Source: a virus | Length of the DNA: 64,000 bases | Virus record (IMG/VR): IMGVR_UViG_3300028837_000518 | Coordinates: 45,320-109,319 of that record | Strand: one strand, 5' to 3' | Shown here: positions 38,257-47,964 of the stretch, in pieces | Position numbering within the stretch: the stretch's first letter is position 1 | Layout: every line of letters begins with the position of its first letter | Position numbers and translations under genes: made by a program | Notes under the pieces: generated by a model | Database searches by the model: none | The model's input: the letters and a program-made list of their open reading frames with translations, nothing else | What the model was told of the DNA's origin: nothing

Positions 38257-39078
38257 ATGACACACATACTTCTTAACCCAACATGGTCATGTGTAAATAA
38301 GTGCGCTTATTGTTGGCTTAATAGCACTATAAGGAAAAGACCTGAACTATTAAATGCCAAGACTCGACCATTTGACGACTGGCTAAGTGCTGTTAAAAGA
38401 GAGTTAGTTAAGATAGAAACTACCACTGGTCGCACACCACTCGTCATAGATATTGCCGGCGGCGAACCATTTCTTCTTCCCTGGATTGTAGAGTTCATCG
38501 CGCACTTTCCTGAAGTACCCGTTGGTTTATCTACTAATGGATTACCTGATCACGTACTTCAATTGGTGCGAAGGCCCAAGTTACCCAACCTAATATCAAT
38601 CAATATGAGCTATCACCCCGGCACAACAGAACGCTACCCTGACTACGAGCAATTCTTTCGCAATAGAGTACTAGACATTTTAGGTACTGGATACCCGCTG
38701 CATATAAGCGCTGTAGGTTATGGAGAGGGCGCACGGCTTGTACGCGACCTAGCTGGTTGGGCAACAGACATAGGAATTGACGTATATGTATCTCCCTATG
38801 AGGATATGGCTATGTTGGCAGATAAACAAGAACAAGGTCTCGTGTGTAAAGGTGGAATAAACCATATCGTGGTTGCGCCTGACGGCACTTCATGGCCCTG
38901 TCTCTCTACCTTGCGTTCACCATTCTGGCGCGAGTCAATATTGGGAAACTGGCTAGATGATAACATTGATATAAGCAAGAAGGAACAACCATGCCATATC
39001 TACTGCGTGGATTATTACTTTCTCAAACATCACCATAGAGATGGTGACATGTGGGGCGTGGAGGCACGAGAAGCATGA
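38257..39078 (+). CDS. Radical SAM protein with SPASM/twitch-like C-terminus
   Basis: 'CVNKCAYC', 'GGEPF', 'STNG', 'C.GG...V.PDG...PC'. Confidence 0.87.
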   Translation: MTHILLNPTWSCVNKCAYCWLNSTIRKRPELLNAKTRPFDDWLSAVKRELVKIETTTGRTPLVIDIAGGEPFLLPWIVEFIAHFPEVPVGLSTNGLPDHVLQLVRRPKLPNLISINMSYHPGTTERYPDYEQFFRNRVLDILGTGYPLHISAVGYGEGARLVRDLAGWATDIGIDVYVSPYEDMAMLADKQEQGLVCKGGINHIVVAPDGTSWPCLSTLRSPFWRESILGNWLDDNIDISKKEQPCHIYCVDYYFLKHHHRDGDMWGVEAREA

Positions 39079-39295
39079 GAATAGGAAACTTGGAGGTTAC
39101 TTTTGAGCAACTACAACAGGCGCTCGGCTTACCGTCGGGTACGAGAATAGTCAGCATTGATTGTGGCGCACGAGAATCAGCTTGCCGGGTAGTGCATATC
39201 TATGTAGAACATCGGGCACTTAGTGATATTCAGAGTACAACCATACCGCGCGTAATACACAAAACCGTTTGGCATAATACGGATGGTACAAGAGC

Positions 39296-40282
39296 GTGAT
39301 AATACTACTCGTCCACTATAATCCTCAGCATTACGGTGGCGCAGAAAGTAATCTGCACGACCAGGCCAAGGCACTCACGCTTGCTGGTCACACCGTCATA
39401 ATTGAGCATAAAGACCCAGTGGCAGCATATGAAAAGCACCAGCCAGATATAGTACACTTTCACACTATTCATCTTGGCATAGGCGTAGGTATACTCACGT
39501 GGGCACAAAATCTAGGTATCCCTCATTGCATCAGTATGCATGATTACTGGCCCTTTAGCCGCAACAGACTACTAATCATTGACTTCGATCAGTCCTGTCC
39601 CGGTGTCACGGGAGTCTGCGATAGAGATTGTATACGCTTTAACAATTGTCCGTATGGCCCAGCGCACACCGCGATTCGAGACGCCGTTAACAACACACCA
39701 ACTATTGCGTTTAATACCTACTCGGCTGAAATCTATACAAGAAATGGTATTCGAGTAGATGCTGTTATTCCACACGGCATTGATACCGATTACTTTTGCC
39801 CTGAAGGCGAGAAGGACTGGGGAAAAGTAGTAACAAGCGCAGCATGGGCAAATCAACCACATAAAGGCGTGCATATTCTCAAGGCGGCTCTGCGTCGCGC
39901 AAAGGTAGATGCTACACTTATAGTAGGCACAACACGCGATAACGTTAGAAAAGTATTACAACGATCAGGAATTTGGGTGGGAAGTAGCGTATATGAGGAA
40001 ACATTTTGGCTAAGTTTAACAGAGGCAATGGCGGTTGGTTGTGCTGTTATTGCTACGGATGTAGCAGGTGGTAAGTTTCAAGTTCGACATGGCGCAACAG
40101 GACTAATAGTTCCCAAACTCGATATTCAAGCTATGGCTGACGCAATCACCCACCTCGTTAGTGATCGTGAGCGTGCTATGATTCTCGGCAAGAACGCTAG
40201 GAAATGGGCAGCAGAAAACTATAGCTTCGCACGCTGGGGTCAGAACCTCTTACAATTCTATGAAAAACTTCTACAAGGATAG
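39296..40282 (+). CDS. Glycosyltransferase family 4 (GT-B)
   Basis: 'GGAE', 'HDYW', 'PHGID', 'KG', 'ETF.L..TEAMA.G..VI'. Confidence 0.9.
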   Translation: MIILLVHYNPQHYGGAESNLHDQAKALTLAGHTVIIEHKDPVAAYEKHQPDIVHFHTIHLGIGVGILTWAQNLGIPHCISMHDYWPFSRNRLLIIDFDQSCPGVTGVCDRDCIRFNNCPYGPAHTAIRDAVNNTPTIAFNTYSAEIYTRNGIRVDAVIPHGIDTDYFCPEGEKDWGKVVTSAAWANQPHKGVHILKAALRRAKVDATLIVGTTRDNVRKVLQRSGIWVGSSVYEETFWLSLTEAMAVGCAVIATDVAGGKFQVRHGATGLIVPKLDIQAMADAITHLVSDRERAMILGKNARKWAAENYSFARWGQNLLQFYEKLLQG

Positions 40283-40284
40283 TC

Positions 40285-43200
40285 ATGGTAAACTCCGTTG
40301 TAAAACGCGATGGGCGTACTGTGCCCTTCAAACAAGAAAGAATTACAAATGCCATTTTTAAGGCTGCGCAAGCCGTAGGTGGTGAAGATCGTGAACGTGC
40401 AGTTCTAATTTCTACTGCCGTAGTAGATAGTCTTAATGCGCAGTTTACTGACGATAACATACCAAGTGTTGAGCAGATTCAAGATACCGTAGAGAAGATA
40501 CTTGTTGCGTATGGTCACGCAAAGACAGCAAAGGCGTTTATTCTCTATCGTGACCTGCACAGTAAATTGCGTGATATTCACGCACTAATAGATGCTAACG
40601 AGCTAGTACAAGGGTACTTAGATCGCCTAGACTGGCGAGTTAATGAGAACTCGAACATGAGTTACTCGCTACAGGGGCTCAATAACCATATTTTTACTGC
40701 TGTGAATAATGCTTACTGGCTCAATCAACTATATCCTCGCAATATCCGTAATGCACACATGAATGGCGATATTCACATCCATGACCTCTACCTACTGGCA
40801 GCATATTGTTGTGGCTGGAGCTTAGAGGACTTGTTGCTTCGTGGCTTTGGTGGTGTGCCGGGTAAGCTAGAGTGTAGTCCGCCTCGGCACTTTCGCTCCG
40901 CTTTGGGTCAAATTGCTAACTTTCTTTATACTGTTCAGGGCGAGGTGGCGGGCGCAGTAGCAATTAGTAGTTTTGATACACTGCTTGCACCTTATGTTTG
41001 GGCTGATGACTTGGAATATGATGAAGTCAAACAAGCTATGCAAGAGTTCATCTTTAACATGAACGTGCCTACGCGAGTAGGGTTTCAGTGCTTCTCAGAG
41101 GATACTGAGATTCTAACTAGTTATGGGTGGCGAAGTTACCAAGATGTAAAAGTTGACGACGCTATAGCTACATATAATCCCGATACTGAAATAATAGAGT
41201 ATCTCCCGGTACTACGAATGTTTAGTGCACCATACTCGGGAATAATGTACAACCTAAAAAACAGAGTGAATGACCAGCTTATATCACCTGGGCATAGAGT
41301 TGTAAGGCGGGGGTTCAACAATAACAAGAAGATTACTATTCAGCCAATTGAGCAAGTACTAGAGTATAATTCGCCAGTTTGCATACCACTCCTGACAGGC
41401 GGAAACTCTATGGGTAGCAGCGAGCTAAATAATGACCTCGTTCGTATTGCTGCATGGATTATCTCAGATGGAACTTGGGATAAAACTGGTAGAGGTTTTG
41501 GAAGAATAACCATTTTCCAAAATAAAGACAAACACCCCGATGCATACCAGGAGATTATAGAAATCCTTGACAGACTTGAATTGGTCTACTCTATTAATGA
41601 TAGCACTACTGGGTTTGGCTCAGTAACTCAAATACGTATTGACACACCTGGCTCACGACAGTTGGTAGAGAGTTTATGGAAAACTAGCAAAGACCAGGGC
41701 CTAAAGTTTATTCCAGAATGTATATTAAACGCAGATACCCGCCTTTCACGTCTTTTCATAGAAACTTACTTAAAAGGTGATGGCGATACCATCAGAGTAA
41801 GAACATCTACAGCGAGTAAAGAAATCAGGGATGGCTTGATCCATGTAGGAATAAATGCGGGCTTTATGTGTACAGTCTTTACGCGGGAATTTGATGGTCA
41901 TTCGACCAATAAACAGGACTTATATGTTATTAATTTCCTCCGTTCAGAAAATACATATATTCAGGGAGTACGAGAAGTTCCTTATGAAGGTATAATTTGG
42001 TGTCCAACTACTAAGAACGATACTGTTATAGCGCGACGAAATGGAAAGACATTTATCACGGGAAACACACCATTCTCAAATATTACTATGGATGTACAGG
42101 TTCCCGCACACTTAGCTGATGGTAGTGTTGTCTTAGCTGGTGCATATAATCCACATACATATGGCGAGTTTCAAGAACAGGTTAATATGATTAATCGTGC
42201 ATTCGCCGAGGTAATGCTGGAAGGCGATGCCAGCGGGCGAGTGTTTACTTTTCCTATACCTACATACAATATCACAGCTGACTTTGAATGGAATAATCCT
42301 AGCCTTGACGCTATGTGGCAAATGACGGGTAAGTATGGCATTCCCTACTTTGCCAACTTTGTCAACTCTAATATGAATTTAGAAGATACGCGTTCTATGT
42401 GTTGCCGGCTTCATATCAATACCAGTGAGCTAAACAAGCGTGGCGGTGGGCTTTTTGGTTCAAATCCGCTAACGGGAAGCCTGGGTGTAGTTACGCTGAA
42501 TATGGCACGCATAGGATACACAAGCGATACGGACGAGGAGTTTCTAAATCGCGTAGCCGAACTAATGGATATAGCGCGCGACAGCCTACTCCTCAAGCGA
42601 CAGGTTATAGAGGGCTTTACAGAAAAAGGGTTGTATCCCTACTCTAAGTATTACCTCAATAATGTAAAGAGGCGTTTTGACTCCTACTGGGCCAATCACT
42701 TTAACACCATCGGCGTCATTGGTATGAACGAGGCGCTACGTAACTTTATGAATGTAGACTTAACTAGTGAAGTTGGTCGCGCCTTTACATTGCACGTTCT
42801 TGACTTTATGCGTAAACGGCTACTGGCATATCAAGAAGAAACTGGCCAGATGTTTAACCTTGAAGCCACACCGGGGGAAGGCGCATCCTATCGCCTTGCA
42901 CTACTAGATAAAGAAAGATTCCCCAATGCCTTCACGGCTGGACAAAATGTGCCATACTACACCAACTCTACGCAGTTGCCTGTAGATGCAACTGATGACC
43001 TATTTGAGGCGCTTGGCTGGCAGGATGAGATTCAAACTCAGTACACTGGCGGCACAGTCTTTCACGCTTATCTGGGCGAAAGCCTATCAAATACAACTCT
43101 GATTAAGCAAGTTGTCAGGACTATAGCTCTTCGATTTCGTCTGCCATACTTTACTATTACACCAACATTTAGTATCTGTCCCGAGCATGGATATATCACG

Positions 43201-43365
43201 GGGGAACACTTTACTTGCCCAACGTGCGAATCTGACTGTGAAGTTTACTCAAGGGTGGTTGGTTATATACGACCGGTGAAGCAGTGGAATAGAGGTAAGC
43301 AAGCTGAGTTTGCCGAGAGGAAAAGCTTTGAGACAATGCGTGTCGCCGCCGTTCCCAAGGAGTAA
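40285..43365 (+). CDS. nrdD: Class III anaerobic ribonucleoside-triphosphate reductase with ATP cone and intein
   Basis: ATP cone 'VVKRDG', 'IHIHDL..AYC', 'SMCCRL', 'EATPGEG', 'YYTNS', glycyl loop 'YSRVVGY'. Confidence 0.95.
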   Translation: MVNSVVKRDGRTVPFKQERITNAIFKAAQAVGGEDRERAVLISTAVVDSLNAQFTDDNIPSVEQIQDTVEKILVAYGHAKTAKAFILYRDLHSKLRDIHALIDANELVQGYLDRLDWRVNENSNMSYSLQGLNNHIFTAVNNAYWLNQLYPRNIRNAHMNGDIHIHDLYLLAAYCCGWSLEDLLLRGFGGVPGKLECSPPRHFRSALGQIANFLYTVQGEVAGAVAISSFDTLLAPYVWADDLEYDEVKQAMQEFIFNMNVPTRVGFQCFSEDTEILTSYGWRSYQDVKVDDAIATYNPDTEIIEYLPVLRMFSAPYSGIMYNLKNRVNDQLISPGHRVVRRGFNNNKKITIQPIEQVLEYNSPVCIPLLTGGNSMGSSELNNDLVRIAAWIISDGTWDKTGRGFGRITIFQNKDKHPDAYQEIIEILDRLELVYSINDSTTGFGSVTQIRIDTPGSRQLVESLWKTSKDQGLKFIPECILNADTRLSRLFIETYLKGDGDTIRVRTSTASKEIRDGLIHVGINAGFMCTVFTREFDGHSTNKQDLYVINFLRSENTYIQGVREVPYEGIIWCPTTKNDTVIARRNGKTFITGNTPFSNITMDVQVPAHLADGSVVLAGAYNPHTYGEFQEQVNMINRAFAEVMLEGDASGRVFTFPIPTYNITADFEWNNPSLDAMWQMTGKYGIPYFANFVNSNMNLEDTRSMCCRLHINTSELNKRGGGLFGSNPLTGSLGVVTLNMARIGYTSDTDEEFLNRVAELMDIARDSLLLKRQVIEGFTEKGLYPYSKYYLNNVKRRFDSYWANHFNTIGVIGMNEALRNFMNVDLTSEVGRAFTLHVLDFMRKRLLAYQEETGQMFNLEATPGEGASYRLALLDKERFPNAFTAGQNVPYYTNSTQLPVDATDDLFEALGWQDEIQTQYTGGTVFHAYLGESLSNTTLIKQVVRTIALRFRLPYFTITPTFSICPEHGYITGEHFTCPTCESDCEVYSRVVGYIRPVKQWNRGKQAEFAERKSFETMRVAAVPKE
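41089..42066 (+). mobile_element. Intein (326 aa) in NrdD with LAGLIDADG-like endonuclease
   Basis: 'GFQ|CFSEDT', 'SPGH', 'WIISDG', 'YLKGDG', 'ITGN|TPF'. Confidence 0.9.
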
Positions 43366-43419
43366 GTAGATGAAAGTATTATTACAAATGAGTGGTTACT
43401 CATGGAGATTATGTCATAA

Positions 43420-44100
43420 ATGAAGATAGGGCCGTACACTTTGGGTTATAATGACGAGAATCAGGGAATATATATGGGTGATTCTCAGGTTTTAAGTCAA
43501 GAGTTGCCCGATGAAAGTATAGATTACATTGTTACGGACCCCCCATATCCTCGAAAGTATCTGCACCTCTATGAGTGGCTGGCAAAGGAAGCTAGTCGTG
43601 TTCTAAAACCTGGCGGTCTTTGTTTGGCCATGAGTGGTCATTACCACCTACCCACCGTTATAGATTTAATGGGTAAGTACTTATCCTACCACTGGATATT
43701 TGCAATATATCTCCCGGGACCAAAGAATAGTGTTTTCCCACGAAAGATTCTGGCTAGTTGGAAACCAGTTCTCTCCTTTTCCAAGGGCAAGTATACGGGA
43801 CCCTGGTGGGTGAAAGATATTTTCTTCTCACCAGCGCGAGAAAGCGGACTTCATATATGGCAACAATCGGTAGCAATGATGGAGTGGTTCGTTTGTCGCT
43901 TACCGCCTGACAGTATTATTCTCGATCCGTTCTGCGGGTCAGGAACTACCTGTGTGGCTAGTCGTATGAATAATCGAACATACCTAAGCTTTGATAATGA
44001 TGAAGTGGCTGTGCATACAGCACGCGAGCGACTTAAGACAGTGCAACCTTATCCTATTATGGTAGAATATGAGCAGCCCATGATAGGGAATTTATTATAG
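43420..44100 (+). CDS. DNA methyltransferase (beta class, DPPY)
   Basis: 'IVTDPPY', 'LDPFCGSGTT'; same 'IGPY.LG.N' N-terminus as the 25393 and 26070 MTases. Confidence 0.9.
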   Translation: MKIGPYTLGYNDENQGIYMGDSQVLSQELPDESIDYIVTDPPYPRKYLHLYEWLAKEASRVLKPGGLCLAMSGHYHLPTVIDLMGKYLSYHWIFAIYLPGPKNSVFPRKILASWKPVLSFSKGKYTGPWWVKDIFFSPARESGLHIWQQSVAMMEWFVCRLPPDSIILDPFCGSGTTCVASRMNNRTYLSFDNDEVAVHTARERLKTVQPYPIMVEYEQPMIGNLL

Positions 44101-44111
44101 AAGAGGATAAG

Positions 44112-44267
44112 AAAGTTCGACATTCATTATGAATTCGGCCCGAATATTCAATGTTTACAGTATACAGCAATACACGTATACTACTTAAGTAGTACTGGTA
44201 TACATGTATTACTGTTTGCAGTAAACAAATAAGATTCGGACCGAATTCTGAATGAATTCATAACTTT
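44112..44267. repeat. ~155-bp imperfect inverted repeat with perfect 16-bp core
   Basis: Core TACTACTTAAGTAGTA (44179-44194); arms AATACACGTATAC/GTATACATGTATT, TGTTTAC/GTAAACA, GAATTCGGCCCGAAT/ATTCGGACCGAATTC, ATTCATT/AATGAAT, AAAGTT/AACTTT. Confidence 0.9.
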
Positions 44268-44287
44268 TGAAGGGGAGCTATAACGTA

Positions 44288-45235
44288 ATGAAAAATGATC
44301 GCTCGCTTATGTTTAGAATGCCTGAAAATCTTTTTCAGGTTCTCGAAAATTATGCCAGCGAATTACACGTAAGTAAATCAGAGTTCATGCGAGGTATGCT
44401 ACGAACTTTAGCATCCAATAAGGCTATAGAACCAGAAGACTTTGCCAAAGAAATTAAAGCTGATATTGTGTCTACCAAAGAACCTCCCAACATAGAGGGT
44501 CATATCGTCTCAACACGGGTACCACTCGGGCACCATGATATAATTTCTAGTTATGCTGATACAAAAAATACCTCAGTTTCAGCCATTGTACGCGCTTTAA
44601 TCAGGGCTTTTGCTGAGGGTAAAACCACAATTTCTAGTAACTTGCCAGTCAGACAACATGTTCGGAAACAAACGAATCCAGATAGCGAAGGAGTTTATAG
44701 AAGTCAAAGTAAGTGGGCTAATGCAGTAAAATCACGCGATAACTATTGCTGTGTTGAATGTGGAGATCAAGGGCCAGTTGTAGCTCATCATATCATTTTT
44801 ATTGAGAGTGGTGGGGAACACACATTAGAAAATGGCATGACTCTCTGTCATCCCTGTCATAGCAAGAAACATACAGTTGACGACTACATAGGCATAGACG
44901 TTCCCAATGCCTGGAAAACCAGGGAGAGAAATTATAAAGGTAACCATGGTGGCGAGACAGAAGCATTCTGGAAGGAGCAATTGGCCCGTCTAAACACTCG
45001 CCGATGTATCAAGTGGACAAGGATAACTAAGAGGTATATTAACACGTTTCTACAAGATATACCTGAACACGTTGTCAAAAGAACAGTCATTACGCTGTGT
45101 CCAGACCCGCGCGCTATTAAACAGAAACCCGTAGAGTCATTCATACCTTATAAGGAAGAGCTTACGCCACCAACTTTGATTTGGTTAGAGGGAGAACAAG
45201 ATGCGAGCACCAAGGAAGAATCTATCAATACATAA
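44288..45235 (+). CDS. Tandem RHH (CopG-like) domains fused to HNH endonuclease
   Basis: 'LMFRMP...VSKSEFMR', 'VSTRVP...SVSAIVRALI', 'RDNYCCVECG...AHHI...GG.H..ENG.TLC..CH..KH'. Confidence 0.8.
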   Translation: MKNDRSLMFRMPENLFQVLENYASELHVSKSEFMRGMLRTLASNKAIEPEDFAKEIKADIVSTKEPPNIEGHIVSTRVPLGHHDIISSYADTKNTSVSAIVRALIRAFAEGKTTISSNLPVRQHVRKQTNPDSEGVYRSQSKWANAVKSRDNYCCVECGDQGPVVAHHIIFIESGGEHTLENGMTLCHPCHSKKHTVDDYIGIDVPNAWKTRERNYKGNHGGETEAFWKEQLARLNTRRCIKWTRITKRYINTFLQDIPEHVVKRTVITLCPDPRAIKQKPVESFIPYKEELTPPTLIWLEGEQDASTKEESINT

Positions 45236-45386
45236 AGACACCCATAAGTTACTAAAAGTCATTGCGCTATTCCAAGAGGAAACAATCACGAGTCTTATAC
45301 ATCGACTGGCGCTAAAGGAAGCTAGAAGAATCGGCGAAGAAACAATCCTTCAGCATCTAGCATCACTTCTTCCGAGGGAGATATAA
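45201..45386 (+). CDS. Small RHH-like DNA-binding protein
   Basis: 'KNLSIHKDTHKLLK...TITSLIHRL'. Confidence 0.6.
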   Translation: MRAPRKNLSIHKDTHKLLKVIALFQEETITSLIHRLALKEARRIGEETILQHLASLLPREI

Positions 45387-45673
45387 TGCAGTATGAGGAC
45401 GTAAAAGTAAGACCTGCGACACATCAGAAACTTCTAATGTTGCGCAAAGCTACTAGTTTACCCATGGTAAGAATTATTGATGCAATGACTGATAAAGCTA
45501 TGCTGATGGTAATGGGCGAGATCGCACCAGAGCTACAGATCAATTGGGGTCGGCAAACGAAAAATGCGCTAGAAGCTCTTGCGGAAGCACAAAAAGAATC
45601 AATTGAGACCAAAGAGCCGCTAATGTGGATTTTTATGAAAAAGATGGGTATGAACAGGAATGAAGATGAATAA
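45386..45673 (+). CDS. RHH-like DNA-binding protein
   Basis: 'VKVRPATHQKLL.L...T.LPM..II'. Confidence 0.55.
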   Translation: MQYEDVKVRPATHQKLLMLRKATSLPMVRIIDAMTDKAMLMVMGEIAPELQINWGRQTKNALEALAEAQKESIETKEPLMWIFMKKMGMNRNEDE

Positions 45674-45687
45674 ACAGCAAGGCTTGC

Positions 45688-46392
45688 TTGACAATAACGA
45701 ACACATACGGTCTTTGCGAATTTTTGACAAAAAGAGGACAATGTGCTAGAATCATTCCCCCTGCTTTATCCCGCACCAACAAGTGGGCGCTTATGGTACA
45801 ATCACAAGAAGTAGAACAAGATCGGAAACTTCATCTCTTTAGCCCCGCAGCTAGTCCTGGCGGGGCATCTATACCTGTGGCTAGTAGAGTATCAACGGAA
45901 CTATACGACACTATCACACGGCTCGTAGAACATCCCAACAGTCCCTGGGATACAAAGGCCGAGTTTATGCGCGATGCACTTGATAACTTCATAGACTTTG
46001 TGGCCGGCGGTGTTAGTGATGGAACAGCAATACCGCAAATCATAATGTTAGTCAGAGTACTACGAGATCGTAGCGAACAATCCACAACACTTAGAAAGCT
46101 ATCAAGGAGCGTTTATGATACTCTTGAAGAACTAGAAATCTATTATAGAGATAGGGACCTTGCCAAGCTAGCTATACGAATGGAAGAGACTGCCGAAACA
46201 ATACAGGCAATAGAGGATTACTTCTGGTTCAGACGAGCTATAGAAGGGTTATTTTCCAGTTCTATAACAGTTAAGATTATGGAGGCATTGGAACGCAGCA
46301 ACAATATCGGTCCAAGTGCAAAAGCTATTTGGCAGACCTGGCAAAATCTGAGGGAGGAAATACCCAGTGAAGCCACCGCAAAAACCGAGTGA
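45688..46392 (+). CDS. RHH-containing protein
   Basis: 'VASRVSTELYDTITRLV...TKAEFMRDAL'; start uncertain. Confidence 0.55.
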   Translation: MTITNTYGLCEFLTKRGQCARIIPPALSRTNKWALMVQSQEVEQDRKLHLFSPAASPGGASIPVASRVSTELYDTITRLVEHPNSPWDTKAEFMRDALDNFIDFVAGGVSDGTAIPQIIMLVRVLRDRSEQSTTLRKLSRSVYDTLEELEIYYRDRDLAKLAIRMEETAETIQAIEDYFWFRRAIEGLFSSSITVKIMEALERSNNIGPSAKAIWQTWQNLREEIPSEATAKTE

Positions 46393-47935
46393 TTTAGGTT
46401 TTCCAGAGTTTGAGGAATTCAGACCTGGTCAAGCTGAGATTATTGCCGAGATTGTTAACATTTTCCAAAGCGGCAAAAGAATCATAATCTTAGAAGCGCC
46501 GACTGGTAGTGGTAAAAGTCTCATTGCTATGTCGGTTATTGCCGCACTGAATCAACGTGCGGTAATAACAACACAGACTAAACAACTGGCTTCGCAGTAT
46601 CACGACGCTCACCCGACCACTACCGTTATTCAGGGGCGAGAGAATTACCAGTGTGCACTACAGCCCGAGTTACCTTGCGCTATAGGTCCATGTATAGCAG
46701 CAAGTTTTGAGTGTGCAAGCAAGAAGTCAATTTGCCCCTACTACCTTGCCAAACAAGACGCACTAAAGTCACCATGTGCCATTATGAACATTTGGTACTT
46801 TATGTATGAAGCCAACTACGTGGGCGGATTCTCTAATAGAGACTTGTTAGTAATAGATGAGGGGCACTTGCTAGAGAGTGCACTAATGAGTTTTATTTCC
46901 ATCGAACTATCTAAGCGGCAGCTTACGCTTCTCGGCTGCGAACTGCCGTCGTTACAAACTACGCAGCAAGTAAGTATGTGGGCAGAGAACGTAATGCCCA
47001 AACTCCAAAGTATGCTTGCTGATGCTATTTACGAAGATAACCCACGGCGATATAGAAACTTACAAACACAGAATAAAAGAGTACAAAGTATAGCAAGCAC
47101 TGACTTAAGTAAGTGGATACTAACGAAGACCTATCATGGTTACACGTTAAAGCCGGTTTGGGTTACAACTTATGGTAACCCGGCTATCTTTCAACACGCT
47201 AGTAAAATCCTAATAATGTCAGCTACAATTAGAGACGCCAAGCAGTACTGTAAGTGCTTGGGTATACCACAAAGTTCACTGCATTACATGGAAGCCCCAT
47301 CACACTTTCCCAAAGAACACAGACCAATAAACTTTTGGCCTGTTGCCAAGATAGGTTATAAGTCAACCCCACGTGACTATAGTAAGCTTGTAAAAGCTAT
47401 TGATACTATTTTGGAACTTCATAGGGGCGATAAGGGAATCTTGCACACTGTCTCATATAAACTGCTAAAGAAAATTGTAGCTGCTTCACGACATAATGGC
47501 CGTATACTAACACATGATTATAAAAATAGGGAGGAAGTTATAAGAAGGTTTAAAGAGTCTAAGAGAAACCCTGTTCTAGCATCACCATCTATTGGTATTG
47601 GATTGGACTTACCAGATGATGAATCACGATTTTGTATTATTGCCAAAGTGCCCTGGCAAGATATGTCGGATGAACAAGTAAAGAAACGTGTTAATGATGA
47701 TCGTGGCTGGTACTCTTGGAATACAGCTTGTGCAATGATACAAATGAGTGGGCGGTGTATAAGGTCGGATACCGATTACGCCACCACTTATCTACTTGAC
47801 GGACATGCTGGATGGTTTATGCAAAGGAATGCACGACTATTCCCAATTTGGTGGAGGGAATCTGTATACCATGTAGAAAAACCGTCGCAGTTTGTTCTTC
47901 CTCGCACTGTAATGCAACCCAAACTAGCCTGGTAG
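46367..47935 (+). CDS. DinG/XPD-family SF2 helicase with Fe-S cysteines
   Basis: 'FRPGQ', 'EAPTGSGKS', 'GRENY.C...C..C...CPYY', 'IDEGH', 'MSAT', 'GLDL', 'Q..GR.IRS..D'. Confidence 0.9.
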   Translation: MKPPQKPSDLGFPEFEEFRPGQAEIIAEIVNIFQSGKRIIILEAPTGSGKSLIAMSVIAALNQRAVITTQTKQLASQYHDAHPTTTVIQGRENYQCALQPELPCAIGPCIAASFECASKKSICPYYLAKQDALKSPCAIMNIWYFMYEANYVGGFSNRDLLVIDEGHLLESALMSFISIELSKRQLTLLGCELPSLQTTQQVSMWAENVMPKLQSMLADAIYEDNPRRYRNLQTQNKRVQSIASTDLSKWILTKTYHGYTLKPVWVTTYGNPAIFQHASKILIMSATIRDAKQYCKCLGIPQSSLHYMEAPSHFPKEHRPINFWPVAKIGYKSTPRDYSKLVKAIDTILELHRGDKGILHTVSYKLLKKIVAASRHNGRILTHDYKNREEVIRRFKESKRNPVLASPSIGIGLDLPDDESRFCIIAKVPWQDMSDEQVKKRVNDDRGWYSWNTACAMIQMSGRCIRSDTDYATTYLLDGHAGWFMQRNARLFPIWWRESVYHVEKPSQFVLPRTVMQPKLAW

Positions 47936-47964
47936 GTTGCTTTGCAGATATATAAGGAGTAATA

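Noticed and set aside
38257-39078. Calling this radical SAM the NrdG activase
   Set aside because: It has a SPASM/twitch-like tail and sits between glycan genes; sequence alone does not support NrdG
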